From NCBI GenBank assembly GCA_038207335.1, contig JBBQZX010000026.1, positions 22,217 to 86,216 on the forward strand: a stretch of DNA of 64,000 bases, given 5' to 3'. Position numbers and translations under genes: made by a program. The stretch is from Chthoniobacterales bacterium (GTDB lineage Bacteria; Verrucomicrobiota; Verrucomicrobiia; Chthoniobacterales; Chthoniobacteraceae). Of this stretch, positions 47,366 to 58,149 are shown in pieces; the first letter of the stretch is position 1, and each line of letters begins with the position of its first letter. Under the pieces are notes generated by a model, which worked only from the letters and a program-made list of their open reading frames with translations, did not search any database and had not been told where the DNA came from.

Positions 47366-50300
47366 CGGCGGAGTTCAGTTTGAGCTGATCGTTGAGGTAG
47401 GCCTGCAAATAGCGCAGCGGGTGGTCGCGGTCGTTCGATGCGGTTTTCAGAAACGACTTCAGATGCTGGATCGCTGAGGGGCGCGCGCGCACCGCTTCCA
47501 GCACGTCCGCGCGATTTTCCGCCTGCTCCAGCGCAGCGAAGATATTCGTGAGACGGACGGCAGCTTCGTTTTGCAAGTCCCGCTTCGCGCGGTCGTGCAA
47601 CTGCGGAATCGTGAGGTCGAGCGCGCCTCCCCAATCGCGCGTGCGCCAGAGCGTCATCGCGCGCAGATTTCGCGCGTCGGCGGCGTAGCGGCCATCGGGA
47701 TACTCGCGGTCGTAATCGTCGAGCGCGGCCAGGACGCGCTTCGGATCGAACGGCTCGGCCTGATACGACTTTTCGACTATGTCGAAGATGTCGTCCGCCG
47801 CGTTCGTTCCGGGCACGGGAATGCCGACTTCGCAAATGTACGGCCGCGAGAGTGCATGCACGGAGCGGGCGACGACGAACATCGCGGATTCGCGCTTTTT
47901 GCTGCGCGGATATTTGCGCAGAAAGTCGCGCGCCATCTTTTCCAGCGTCGCGTAGTCGCGCGATCTCACCGTGACCTTTGCGCCGTCGCCTTTTGGATCG
48001 ACGATGTCGGTTTGGAGTTCCGTGCGAGTGCCTGCGACCAGGCCGATGCGACTGAATTCGAGGTAATCCGCGACCGGCTGCATCGCGGGATTTTTCAACG
48101 CCTCGTCGATTTTCGCGCGGATTTCGTCGTCCCGCTTGACGGGCGGTTCCTGCCGGATGCCGGGCTCTTCCCAGCCGTTGCTCTGCAAAACCATGAACCG
48201 AATCTCGAGGTAGATTCGCTGCATCTCGCGGGTCAGATTCGGCTCCGATGAGAATTGCGCCAGATCGTCGAGAAAGTTGATTGCCGTCACGTCGCCGATC
48301 CAGCTCATCTCGCGCCGGGCCGCGGCGTCGAGATGGCGCACCTCGACCGCAAACTGTGCAGGCTCGGCGACCTCCGATTTTTTTCGCAGGCCCGAGATCC
48401 GCACCCGCAACTCCAAACCGAGTCCCTCTTCGTACGCGTCGACCCCTCCTCCGAAGGCGCCGTAGTCGGCCCGCGGGTAGCCCATGATGCGGGCATCACG
48501 GAGAACGCTTTCATCCCGATAAGGGGCTTCCGGGGTCGGGGCGGGCGGAAAGCTCCAGTATGCGGCGAGGCGTTTCGCTTCCACCGAATCTGGCGCTTCT
48601 TTTTGGAGTCGCGCGAAGATTTCACGCGAGACCGCTTCGCCTTTGATCTCCCGCGCGCGCTCTTCCGCGTAGTCGGAGGCGCGCGCGATTTTTGGCATCG
48701 CCTCCAGCGCTTTCCAGCGCGCCTGCGCGGCCAGCGGCGTGCCGGGATTTGCGCGCGCCGCCGCCAGCCACCAGCGCGCGGCGTGGCGCAATTCATCGCG
48801 CTGCTCCAGCTCCCGATCGATCTCGGAAAGATGAAGGGAGCGGCCATTTGCGCGGCGGACGAGGCCACTCAGCGGGCGGAAATACGGAATGAGCGCGATC
48901 TTCGTCTCGAGCGGCACGCGCAGCACCCTGCCGCGCGCCGCCGCCCAAGCGTCGCCGAGCCGCATCATTTCCGCCGCCGAACCGGTCGCGAGGGCGGTCA
49001 ATTTTTCCAACTCCGCCGCCACGAGCGCGAACCTCTCAGGAGGCATGAATTTCTTCGCCTCCTCGAAGTTTTCCTGTGCCAGATAGCGCTCCGCGATGAT
49101 GGCGCGGAGTTCCCGTTTTTCGGCTTCGCCAAAGCCGTCGCGCTCCGATGCCGCCGCGAGTTGGGAGAGCGGCGCAAAATTCAAGAGCGTGTCGATCGCG
49201 TCCTGAATTTGGTCAATGTTGGCGCCAGTGATGTTCGGGTAGACCGCGCTCTCCGGAAGGCTCCAATTTGCGGTGCCGCTCGGATATCCAAGCCCGCTCG
49301 TGTAGGGAAATTGGGTGATCGCGTGATTCCGGTCGCGACCGTTTTGCAGCAGGCCCAAGAACTCGATCAGCGCGCCGCCCGCGTCGTGGTCATCCTGCAA
49401 TGCAAACGCGAGCCGCAGCCGGACTCCGGGGGCGATCGGTGCGTCCGGAAAATTGCCGAGCAGCTTTCGAAAAGTCGTGATCGCATCCGCGCTCCGGCCC
49501 GCGCGTTGCAGGGCTATCCCGCGAACCAGCAGAAGATCGTCGCTGCGCTCCAGTGCGGCGGGAGCGAGATCGGTCAGTTGCAGCGCTTGCGCTTGATTTC
49601 CCTCCGCGCTCGCGGCCTGCGCGAGCAGCGACAGGTAACGCGGCTGCCAGTCACCATCTTTATACCGCTGCTTCTGCTTCACCACTTCCGCTGCGATCCG
49701 TGGCAGGATCGTGCGCCGCCATTTTTTCACATCGAGCGGCCGGTCGTATTTGCCGTCGTAGTTGTCCGCCTCGCGCGCGCTGAGCACTAGATACGTGAAG
49801 CCCATCGCGATTCGCGGATGCCGCGCGATCTGGGCAAAAGCGGCGCTGCCTTCCGGCGTAGCCGCGACCGCCGCGAGCGCGCGCTCGCACATGAAAATGG
49901 CCGATTTGAGCGTCTCGGGATGCCCCGGCGTTTCCGCTTGAGCGATGTAGCAGTCGAGCGCGTCCACGTATTTTCCGGCGTCGAATGCAAGCGCGCCGAG
50001 CCAACCGAGTGCATCCGACACGAAACGACCGCGCGGGTATTGTTTGCGATACCGCTCGAACAGTTCGGTCGCGCGTTTTTGCGCAGCGATCGATTTCTCG
50101 TCCGGCGGCGGCGGTTCGCCCAATGTCCAAGTTTTGCGCGTAGCGGAAAAGGCGCAGCGGGCATCCATGAAGAGCGCGATCTCAGCGCGCGGATGTTTTG
50201 GAAATTCGCGCACGACTCGCTGAAACCACTTGCGACACTCCTCGCGATCGCCCGTGCGGTAGAGTTCCGCGCCGCGCAAATACAGCCAGTGCGCGCGCAG

Positions 50301-50813
50301 CGGCCCGACCGTTTCGTCGGCGCGCTTTTCGAGATCCATCTCGGCGGCGTCAGCGGGCAAAGGTTCCGTGCCGCGCGAGACCGCGAAAAATCGGTCCTTA
50401 TTTTCGATCCGCCACTTGATGTAATCCGCTGCCGCCTTCCGGTCGTCCGCGGTGCCGGTGAGCACATCGCGCACATCGTGCAGCAGATTGCACCAGTCGC
50501 CCCCGCTCGAGTAGTGCTGGCGCGCCTTCGCCAGCAGTGCGTCCGCTTCCGGAAGAAGTTGCGCGGGCGATTTGGCTCCCAGCCGATCGGCGATTTCCAG
50601 GATTTCTTTTCCAAAATCGGGCGATTCGGAGTCCGCCGGCGTCTCGCCGGTTTCGAGGAAAATCTCGCCGAGCGATTTGCCGGGGAGGAAGTCCAGCGAC
50701 TCGCCGACCGTCACCGCTGGTACGTCGAAGTCGTCGCCGCCTGTCGCAAAAACGTGAACCGGCAACGCTGCCGCCAGCATCGCGAGGAGGATTACTTTTC
50801 GAGCGGCGTCCAT
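47355..50813 (-). CDS. Large secreted TPR/BamD-like helical repeat protein
   Basis: Signal peptide at MDAARKVILLAML; repeated Y..YP.GR motifs; overlaps the upstream DUF3142-like gene. Confidence 0.75.
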   Translation of the reverse strand: MDAARKVILLAMLAAALPVHVFATGGDDFDVPAVTVGESLDFLPGKSLGEIFLETGETPADSESPDFGKEILEIADRLGAKSPAQLLPEADALLAKARQHYSSGGDWCNLLHDVRDVLTGTADDRKAAADYIKWRIENKDRFFAVSRGTEPLPADAAEMDLEKRADETVGPLRAHWLYLRGAELYRTGDREECRKWFQRVVREFPKHPRAEIALFMDARCAFSATRKTWTLGEPPPPDEKSIAAQKRATELFERYRKQYPRGRFVSDALGWLGALAFDAGKYVDALDCYIAQAETPGHPETLKSAIFMCERALAAVAATPEGSAAFAQIARHPRIAMGFTYLVLSAREADNYDGKYDRPLDVKKWRRTILPRIAAEVVKQKQRYKDGDWQPRYLSLLAQAASAEGNQAQALQLTDLAPAALERSDDLLLVRGIALQRAGRSADAITTFRKLLGNFPDAPIAPGVRLRLAFALQDDHDAGGALIEFLGLLQNGRDRNHAITQFPYTSGLGYPSGTANWSLPESAVYPNITGANIDQIQDAIDTLLNFAPLSQLAAASERDGFGEAEKRELRAIIAERYLAQENFEEAKKFMPPERFALVAAELEKLTALATGSAAEMMRLGDAWAAARGRVLRVPLETKIALIPYFRPLSGLVRRANGRSLHLSEIDRELEQRDELRHAARWWLAAARANPGTPLAAQARWKALEAMPKIARASDYAEERAREIKGEAVSREIFARLQKEAPDSVEAKRLAAYWSFPPAPTPEAPYRDESVLRDARIMGYPRADYGAFGGGVDAYEEGLGLELRVRISGLRKKSEVAEPAQFAVEVRHLDAAARREMSWIGDVTAINFLDDLAQFSSEPNLTREMQRIYLEIRFMVLQSNGWEEPGIRQEPPVKRDDEIRAKIDEALKNPAMQPVADYLEFSRIGLVAGTRTELQTDIVDPKGDGAKVTVRSRDYATLEKMARDFLRKYPRSKKRESAMFVVARSVHALSRPYICEVGIPVPGTNAADDIFDIVEKSYQAEPFDPKRVLAALDDYDREYPDGRYAADARNLRAMTLWRTRDWGGALDLTIPQLHDRAKRDLQNEAAVRLTNIFAALEQAENRADVLEAVRARPSAIQHLKSFLKTASNDRDHPLRYLQAYLNDQLKLNSAAKN

Positions 50814-52156
50814 TCGTTTTGGTCGGTGCGGAGAATGCGAAAACGAACTTGCGAAAAATCTGCCCCGGGAGCGAGCCGGATCAACCCGCTTTGCAACGAG
50901 CGGCCCGCTCGCAATTGACTGAAGGAAAAGTTGAGGCGTGTAGCGAGGGGGAGCATGACGGCGCGCACTTGCGCGTCGCGCTCGACCTCGCCCTGCACGC
51001 GCCAAAAGTCGCCCTCTTCCGCCTCGCGAAAAATCGGAACGTCCGCCTCGATTTGCAGGGCGTATCCGGGCGGTGTGGACTCAAAGAGCGGAGCCAGGTC
51101 GCCGTCGCCTTCGTTCGTGAGTTCGAACCGGTCGGCGTCGTCTGCTTTCCTCAAAATGAGCCGCGGCCTCGCGTCGAGATGCTGGAGTTGCCTCAGCGAC
51201 CAGCCGCTGGTCGCGGACGAATCCGGCAGGCGAAAGAAAACCACCCCGCCCGCGGAACTCCTGCGCGCCGCGGCGACCAACTCGGCGAGCAAAGCGCGAT
51301 CTGGCGAGCGCACGACGAGTCGTTGATTTTCGTGGATCGGCGTGTTTCCGACGCGCGTCCCGGTGCGGGCGCGAAAGACCGTGACGCCGCGCTCCGTGGG
51401 CCGCTCCAGCGCGAGCGCTTCATTGAAAGCGACCGCATCCCAATTCCATTCGCGGACATTCCCGCGCGATTTTCCATCCGGATCGAACACCGTCAGTCGC
51501 GCGAAATTTGGCAGCCCGGCGCGCCATGGCGTCCGGCAGCGAGTCCATTCCTTCAGCCACGCGCCGCTCCTCTCCGGATCGATCAGCGGCACCGGGAACG
51601 CGCCGGCGGCCACCGGATCGGGAGCGAAATCATAGAGCATCGGAAACAGCTCGGTCACACTTTCGCCGAGTTGCGCGAGAGCGGGTTTGCGAATCCAGCC
51701 GGGGAGCGCGGTGATGCTCAAGCCCGGCACGCTTTTTCGCGCCTGCTTCAAGACCGCCGCATACTCGAGCAGCAGCCGGTCAGGGCAGTCGTAGTCGATC
51801 TGCAATCGGCCCCGCCCGCTAGCCGCCCCGGCTACGATTTCGAGCAATGAACGCGTCGCCTCCGGCGTGAACAGCGCGCGCTCGCGGGACTCCAAGCGCA
51901 GGACGGGAACGACCTCGAAACCCGGCGGAGCGGGCAATGAAAACCGCGCCTTCCACTGCCACGCGCCGCCCGCGTTTTCGAGAGTGCCGAGGTGCCAGTA
52001 AAGCGTCCTCACGCCCTGCGTCGAAAGCTCGGCGACGTCGCTTTCCGAGGGAGTCTCATTGCGCTGCCACGCCCAATAAGCAGTCTCGAATGGAGGTCGC
52101 GAACAGCTCGCGAGAAGAAGTGCCAGCGAGAGGATGAGCCGCGCGAGATGTTCCAT
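50792..52156 (-). CDS. DUF3142-like lipoprotein
   Basis: Lipobox LLLASC; YWAWQR, QIDYDCP..LL.EY, LSITALP.W, GVVFFRLP. Confidence 0.75.
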   Translation of the reverse strand: MEHLARLILSLALLLASCSRPPFETAYWAWQRNETPSESDVAELSTQGVRTLYWHLGTLENAGGAWQWKARFSLPAPPGFEVVPVLRLESRERALFTPEATRSLLEIVAGAASGRGRLQIDYDCPDRLLLEYAAVLKQARKSVPGLSITALPGWIRKPALAQLGESVTELFPMLYDFAPDPVAAGAFPVPLIDPERSGAWLKEWTRCRTPWRAGLPNFARLTVFDPDGKSRGNVREWNWDAVAFNEALALERPTERGVTVFRARTGTRVGNTPIHENQRLVVRSPDRALLAELVAAARRSSAGGVVFFRLPDSSATSGWSLRQLQHLDARPRLILRKADDADRFELTNEGDGDLAPLFESTPPGYALQIEADVPIFREAEEGDFWRVQGEVERDAQVRAVMLPLATRLNFSFSQLRAGRSLQSGLIRLAPGADFSQVRFRILRTDQNEWTPLEK

Positions 52157-52386
52157 CTTGGTGATTTTCTGCGACGCACTGCGGAGCTGCATTCCAGCGC
52201 CGAGCGCATCCTGAATGTCATCGATCGGATTGGCGACCACCGACGGTAGCGATGGGCAAAGTAGCGCGCAGCATTCACGCGCCGCAGCCGCTTTCGGGCG
52301 AATCATGCAACCGCCAGCGGCGGTCGCGACGATGAGGGAGCGACCTCGGGTCATCCCAGCTTTCACCGCCACACCGCCACACCGCC

Positions 52387-54483
52387 ATGCCCTCTAAACC
52401 GAACGCACCAAAGCCTGCCAAATCAAAACCCGCTCCGACGAAGACTGCGGAGCTGCATCAAACTGTCGAAAAGCTCGGGGATTCACTGACCACGAATCAC
52501 GGAATTCCGATCTCCGATAACCAGAACTCGCTCAAGGCTGGCGCACGCGGGCCGACGTTGATTGAGGATTTCGTGCTGCGAGAAAAGATCACGCACTTCG
52601 ATCACGAGCGCATTCCGGAGCGGATCGTGCACGCTCGCGGATCGGGCGCGCACGGATACTTTCAGGCGTACGAGTCGTGCGCGGATATCACGAAGGCGGC
52701 ATTTTTGCAGGACCCGAAAGTGAAGACCGAAGTCTTCGTGCGAATCTCCACGGTGGCGGGCGGCGCGGGCTCGGGAGACTTGGCGCGCGATGTGCGCGGC
52801 TTCTCGACGAAGTTTTACACGAGCGAGGGCAATTACGATTTGGTCGGCAACAACATTCCGGTTTTCTTCATCCAAGACGCGATGAAATGTCCCGATCTCA
52901 TCCACTCGGTGAAGATGGAGGCGGATCGCGGCTACCCGCAGGCGGCGTCGGCGCACGACACGTTTTGGGACTTCGTATCGCTTACGCCGGAGTCGGTTCA
53001 CATGCTGATGTGGGTGATGTCCGACCGCGCGGTCCCGCGCTCGCTGCGGATGATCGAGGGCTTCGGCGTGCATACTTTCCGGCTCGTGAATGCGCAGGGT
53101 GAATCGCGCTTCGTGAAGTTCCACTGGCGGCCGAAACTCGGGATGCAATCGGTGATCTGGGATGAGGCGGTAAAGATCAACGGGGCCGATTCGGACTTTC
53201 ATCGGCGCGATCTTTTCGAGGCGATCGAGAAGGGGGATTTTCCCGAATGGGAACTGGGTCTGCAGGTCTTCGACGAAGCGCAGGCAGCGAAGCTCGACTT
53301 CGATGTCCTCGATCCGACGAAGCTCATTCCCGAAGAAATCATTCCGCTGCGGATGGTCGGAAAAATGGTGCTCAACCGCAATGCGGACAACTTTTTCGCG
53401 GAGACGGAGCAGGTCGCGTTTCTCCCGTCGAACGTCCCGCCGGGCATCGAGTTTACAAACGATCCGCTGCTGCAGGGACGACTGTTTTCGTATCAGGACA
53501 CGCAGCTTTCGCGGCTCGGCGGCGCGAATTTTCACCAGATCCCGATCAACGCGCCGCGCTGCCCTTTTCACAATATGCAGCGCGATGGCATCCGGCAGAT
53601 GGAGGTGCCGAAAGGCCGCGCGAATTACGAGCCCAACTCGATCGACGGCGGCACGCCGCGCGAAAATCCGACGCGGGGCTTCACGAGCCAGCCGGAGGAA
53701 ATGGACGGCGTCAAAATCCGCAAGCGCACGGAGACTTTTGCGGATCACTATTCGCAGGCGCGGCTCTTTTTCCGCTCGATGACGAAGCCGGAGCAGACGC
53801 ACATCGTCAGCGCGTTCGCGTTCGAGCTCGGCAAGGTGCACATCAAGGCGATCCGCACGCGGATGCTCGGCCACCTCGCGAATGTCGATGCGGAGTTGCA
53901 CGCGAAAGTCGAGGAGGCGCTCGGGATGGAGGGGATGGCGGATAAGATCTCGCCGGCCGTGCCAGTGCGTGATCTCGCGCCGTCGCCCGCGTTGAGCATC
54001 ATCGGCAAAGCGCCGGCGACTTTGATGGGGCGAAAGATCGGCGTGCTGCTGACCGATGGGTTCGAGTCGTCGTTGCTCGCGGCGTTGCGCGATAGCGCGA
54101 AAAAAGAGAAGGCCACGCTCTTCATCATCGCGCCGAAAGTCGCGGGCGCGAAGGGTTCCGATGGCGAGATGGTCGAGGCGCAGGGCGCGCTTAGCGGACA
54201 GCCTTCGATCTTCTTCGACACCGTGGCGATCCTCGCCTCGGAGGACGGCGCGAAAAAGCTCTGCATGGAAGCCGGTGCGATAGCGTGGGTGGCGGATGCG
54301 TTCGCGCATTTGAAAGTCATCGGCTTCACCTCTCCGGCGCAGACGCTCCTCGATAAGGCGTGCGTGAAATCGGATGCCGGAATCGTCCCTCTCTCGAATG
54401 TCAAAAGCGTGGGCTCGTTCATCAAGACGGCGAAGTCCGGCCGCATCTGGGATCGCGAGCCGACGCTGCGCGGACCCGGTTAG
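52387..54483 (+). CDS. katE: Large-subunit (clade 2) catalase HPII with C-terminal GATase-like domain
   Basis: [42 protein letters not shown]. Confidence 0.95.
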   Translation: MPSKPNAPKPAKSKPAPTKTAELHQTVEKLGDSLTTNHGIPISDNQNSLKAGARGPTLIEDFVLREKITHFDHERIPERIVHARGSGAHGYFQAYESCADITKAAFLQDPKVKTEVFVRISTVAGGAGSGDLARDVRGFSTKFYTSEGNYDLVGNNIPVFFIQDAMKCPDLIHSVKMEADRGYPQAASAHDTFWDFVSLTPESVHMLMWVMSDRAVPRSLRMIEGFGVHTFRLVNAQGESRFVKFHWRPKLGMQSVIWDEAVKINGADSDFHRRDLFEAIEKGDFPEWELGLQVFDEAQAAKLDFDVLDPTKLIPEEIIPLRMVGKMVLNRNADNFFAETEQVAFLPSNVPPGIEFTNDPLLQGRLFSYQDTQLSRLGGANFHQIPINAPRCPFHNMQRDGIRQMEVPKGRANYEPNSIDGGTPRENPTRGFTSQPEEMDGVKIRKRTETFADHYSQARLFFRSMTKPEQTHIVSAFAFELGKVHIKAIRTRMLGHLANVDAELHAKVEEALGMEGMADKISPAVPVRDLAPSPALSIIGKAPATLMGRKIGVLLTDGFESSLLAALRDSAKKEKATLFIIAPKVAGAKGSDGEMVEAQGALSGQPSIFFDTVAILASEDGAKKLCMEAGAIAWVADAFAHLKVIGFTSPAQTLLDKACVKSDAGIVPLSNVKSVGSFIKTAKSGRIWDREPTLRGPG

Positions 54484-54486
54484 CGC

Positions 54487-55497
54487 GTGGCGGCAATCGA
54501 TTTTTCAGAATGGGGTTTTGAGGCCGCGCTCGCCGATTTCCCGCGCCCGTTCCGCGACATCGCGACGGTGGGCACGGCGATGCGGCAATTGATGGGAGCA
54601 GGGCTCGCGGAGCTGTTGCCGCCTGGCAGCGGGAAAACTCTGGAGCGATGGCGGGCACTGTCGTCCGTCGCAGCGTTCGATCTTTCGCTCGCGAAAATCT
54701 ACGAGAGCCACACCGATGCGGTGGCGATCATGGCGGAGCTGGACGCTGGGGAGCCAGAAGGGCTTTGTGGCGTTTGGGCCGCGGAGTCTCCAGGGGCGCG
54801 CGTGCTTATCTCGGAAGACCGGCTCAGTGGACGGAAAGCGTGGTGCTCCGGGGCGCCAATTGTGGATTCAGCGGTCATCACGGCGTGGACTCCTGACGGC
54901 CAGGCCGTGCTCGCGCATGTGAGGCTGCGGCAACCGGGCGTGGCGGTGGAAAATCGCGGGTGGAATGCGGTGGGTATGGCCACGTCGCAAAGCGTGGCGG
55001 TCGTGTTTGAAAACGCTGAGGCGAAGATGATAGGTGACGCGGGGGACTACGTTGCGCGGCCCGGTTTTTGGCATGGTGGAGCGGGAATCGCGGCGGTTTG
55101 GTACGGCGCGGCGGCAGCCATCGCGGGGACGCTGGCCATTTCTCGGAATGTCGCGAGCGATCCGCACGCTGCGGCGCATCTCGGGGCCGTCGATGTCTCG
55201 CTGCGGGCCGCTCGTGCGCTGCTCATCGAGACAGCAGCGTGGATCGATGCGCACCCGCAGGCGGATGCGGCAGGCGCTGCTCTGCGCTTGCGCGCTTGCG
55301 CCGAGGCGGCCTCGAACGACGTGCTCTTCCGCACCGGACGCGCGCTTGGCCCCGGGCCGCTTTGCACCGACGCCGTCCACGCCCAGCGATGCGCCGATCT
55401 TCCGGTTTTTCTTCGGCAAAGTCATGCGGAGCACGATTTGGCTGCACTCGGGCGCATCGTCGCTGGCGATTGTGGTGGATGGAAATTGGAGTCCTGA
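54487..55497 (+). CDS. Acyl-CoA dehydrogenase-like protein
   Basis: DLSLAKIYESHTDA, GVWAAE, GRKAWCSGA, WNAVGM, DLPVFLRQ; 3 bp after katE. Confidence 0.8.
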   Translation: MAAIDFSEWGFEAALADFPRPFRDIATVGTAMRQLMGAGLAELLPPGSGKTLERWRALSSVAAFDLSLAKIYESHTDAVAIMAELDAGEPEGLCGVWAAESPGARVLISEDRLSGRKAWCSGAPIVDSAVITAWTPDGQAVLAHVRLRQPGVAVENRGWNAVGMATSQSVAVVFENAEAKMIGDAGDYVARPGFWHGGAGIAAVWYGAAAAIAGTLAISRNVASDPHAAAHLGAVDVSLRAARALLIETAAWIDAHPQADAAGAALRLRACAEAASNDVLFRTGRALGPGPLCTDAVHAQRCADLPVFLRQSHAEHDLAALGRIVAGDCGGWKLES

Positions 55498-55504
55498 CCA
55501 AGCC

Positions 55505-56671
55505 ATGAACGTGTTCGCACCTTCTGTCGTCTCGATGCCGAAAGACTCACGCGCGGCTTTGATCACTCGCGCATTGAATTTCTCGCTGCCGGCACCGCAT
55601 CCAAATCTGCGATCTTGCATCGTCGTTCCGGCGCGAAACGAAGAGGCGACTCTCCCCGCGCTCATCGCCGCGCTTGCCGATCAACGCGATCTTCATGGGG
55701 CGCCGCTCGACCCCGCTGCCTACGAAATCGTCGTCCTCCTCAACAACTGCACGGACCGCTCCGCGGAAGTCGGCGCCAACCTGTGCGCTAATTATCCGCG
55801 GCTTCATCTGCACATCGTGGAGATTTTCTTTGCCGCCGAAGAGGCTCACGTGGGTCGGGCGCGTCAGGCGCTTTTCGATGCTGCGTTTGTACGATTTGAG
55901 CTTCTCGAAAAGCTGGACGGGCTGATTCTCACGACGGATGCCGACTCGCGACCTGCGCCGGACTGGATCACACAAAACCGGGCGGAGATCGAACGAGGCG
56001 TGGACGGCGTCGGTGGCCGGATCGTCCTCGATGCCGATGAAGCCGCCATGCTTCCCGCCAGTGTCCGCCGCTTTCTGCTGCTCGATATCGGCTACCGCCG
56101 CGCGCTCGAGGAGTTGCGGTCACTTTACGCTCCTGAACAACACGACCCGTTTCCCCGACATCATCAGCATTTCGGTGGAAGCCTCGCAGTGACTGCATCC
56201 GCGTACGGAATGGCGGGAGGGATGCCGCTCCACCGGACGAATGAAGACGTCGCGCTCTATCGCGCCATTGTGGATTCGGGCGGACGGTTTCGTCACAGCT
56301 ACGCGTCGCGCGTGGTCACATCGGCGCGGATGATCGGGCGCGCGCAGGGCGGGCTTTCGGATGCGCTGGAGTGGTGGGATCAGCATGCACGCGAGGCCAC
56401 GCCGGTGATGGTGGAATGTGCCGAGGCCGCACATGCCCGCATCAGGAAGCTGGGGCTCTGGTGCGCCGCGAATCCCGGCACCGTTCCACCCGCCTTTCTG
56501 TCCATCACGCCAGAGCCGCCGGCTCCGGGGGAAGCCGCCGAGATTCACGTCACGCTCCGGGCACTGAGGGAGATCTGCGCCACGCTGTGGACGCATTCAC
56601 TGGAATCGCGCCTCCACCGGATTGGGCGCTATCGGTCCCCAGCGCCTGAGATTCACGAGGCCGCTGCGTGA
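55505..56671 (+). CDS. GT2 family glycosyltransferase
   Basis: IVVPARNEE, NNCTDRS, HVGRAR, TTDADS, EDVAL, V.TSAR..GRA.GG. Confidence 0.85.
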   Translation: MNVFAPSVVSMPKDSRAALITRALNFSLPAPHPNLRSCIVVPARNEEATLPALIAALADQRDLHGAPLDPAAYEIVVLLNNCTDRSAEVGANLCANYPRLHLHIVEIFFAAEEAHVGRARQALFDAAFVRFELLEKLDGLILTTDADSRPAPDWITQNRAEIERGVDGVGGRIVLDADEAAMLPASVRRFLLLDIGYRRALEELRSLYAPEQHDPFPRHHQHFGGSLAVTASAYGMAGGMPLHRTNEDVALYRAIVDSGGRFRHSYASRVVTSARMIGRAQGGLSDALEWWDQHAREATPVMVECAEAAHARIRKLGLWCAANPGTVPPAFLSITPEPPAPGEAAEIHVTLRALREICATLWTHSLESRLHRIGRYRSPAPEIHEAAA

Positions 56672-56677
56672 CGTTTT

Positions 56678-57442
56678 ATGCGCGAGGCAGCCCAACCAAA
56701 ATCACTGCTCGTGGAGCCGGAGCGACATCCGCTCAATCCTCCGGAAGCAGCCTCCACGCTTGGCTCCACGATGTTTTTCGCACCCCACCCGGATGACGAA
56801 TCACTGGGATGCGGCGGCCTTCTCGCGCTGCTCGGCGATGCGGGAGTCGCTGCCAGCGTCATCGTGATGACCGATGGCTCGCGTTCGCATCTTCACTCGG
56901 CGTCGCATCCGGCGGAGCGTCTCGCGGCGGTGCGCGAATGCGAGACGCTCGATGCACTCGACGCGCTTGGATGGACTGCCGACGACGCTCACTTTTTACG
57001 ATTTCCAGACTGCGGATTACCCCTTCCTGACACGCCTGCTTTTTCGGAAGCGGCGATGCGTTTGCATGAAATCGTCGCCGCATTTTCGCCCGATACGGTT
57101 CTCGTCCCGTGGCGCCGCGATCCGCACTGCGATCACGAAGCGACCTGGCGACTGGTCCGCGCGACTGTCGATGGAATGAGTCGCTGCCCGCGCTGGCTGG
57201 AGTATCCCGTCTGGGCTTGGCCCCGCGCCGACGACGAAGTTGCACCCCGACAGGACGAAGGCAGCGCATGGCGGCTCGACATTTCGCCAGTGCTCGACCG
57301 CAAGCGCCGCGCGATTTCCCAGCACCGATCGCAACTCGGCACGCTGATCCGCGACGACCCAAGCGGTTTCGTTTTGCAGCCCGAGATGATCGCGCATTTC
57401 ACACGGCCCTGGGAGCTTTTCATCGAACCCAGTGATGTCTGA
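56678..57442 (+). CDS. PIG-L/LmbE family deacetylase
   Basis: APHPDDESLGCGG, TDGSRSH, DPHCDH, HRSQ. Confidence 0.9.
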   Translation: MREAAQPKSLLVEPERHPLNPPEAASTLGSTMFFAPHPDDESLGCGGLLALLGDAGVAASVIVMTDGSRSHLHSASHPAERLAAVRECETLDALDALGWTADDAHFLRFPDCGLPLPDTPAFSEAAMRLHEIVAAFSPDTVLVPWRRDPHCDHEATWRLVRATVDGMSRCPRWLEYPVWAWPRADDEVAPRQDEGSAWRLDISPVLDRKRRAISQHRSQLGTLIRDDPSGFVLQPEMIAHFTRPWELFIEPSDV

Positions 57443-58049
57443 GCAAACTCCGTACATCGCTCCCTCACTCACGCCGAGCGGCTCGCTCGCGGCCCGATAT
57501 TTCGACCAGCTTTACGCGCGGAACGCCGACCCGTGGGAATTCGAAACCAGCTCGTACGAAGCCGCAAAATACGCCGCCACTCTCGCGGCCCTGCCGGGTC
57601 TGATTTACAAAAATGGACTCGAACTCGGCTGCTCGATTGGCGTGCTCACGAAGCTGCTGGCCTTGCGATGCGCGCGCTTGCTGGCGACCGATGTTTCCGA
57701 ATCCGCGCTCACGCTCGCCCTCGCCCGCTGCGTCGATCTCGAGAACGTTCATTTTGAGTGCTGCGACCTCGCGAGTCACTTTCCAGCCGGTTCGTTCGAT
57801 CTCATCCTCGTCTCGGAGGTCGGCTACTATTTCTCGGCATCGGATTTAGAAACGCTGCGAGGAAAAATCGCCCGCGCTCTGATCCCCGGCGGCCATTTGC
57901 TGCTGGTCCACTTCACCGGCGAAACCAATTACCCTCTCACGGCTGACGCCGTGCATAACGCCTTCATCGCCTGGCAAGGACGGGCGTGGACACGATTGAA
58001 GGCGCATCGCGAAGATTCGTATCGGCTCGATCTGCTGGTCCGCATCTGA
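57435..58049 (+). CDS. NodS-like SAM-dependent methyltransferase
   Basis: YF..LY...DPW.FETS.YE..KY, ELGCSIG, SEVGYY. Confidence 0.88.
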   Translation: MSEQTPYIAPSLTPSGSLAARYFDQLYARNADPWEFETSSYEAAKYAATLAALPGLIYKNGLELGCSIGVLTKLLALRCARLLATDVSESALTLALARCVDLENVHFECCDLASHFPAGSFDLILVSEVGYYFSASDLETLRGKIARALIPGGHLLLVHFTGETNYPLTADAVHNAFIAWQGRAWTRLKAHREDSYRLDLLVRI

Positions 58050-58149
58050 ATGCGCACGCGCAAGCCGGAAGCCGCTCTAAGCGAATTAGCGCGGCGACTT
58101 TACGCTTGTCCGCTCTGCTGCGCGCGGGTTCTGTTGCCGCCCATTTCGC

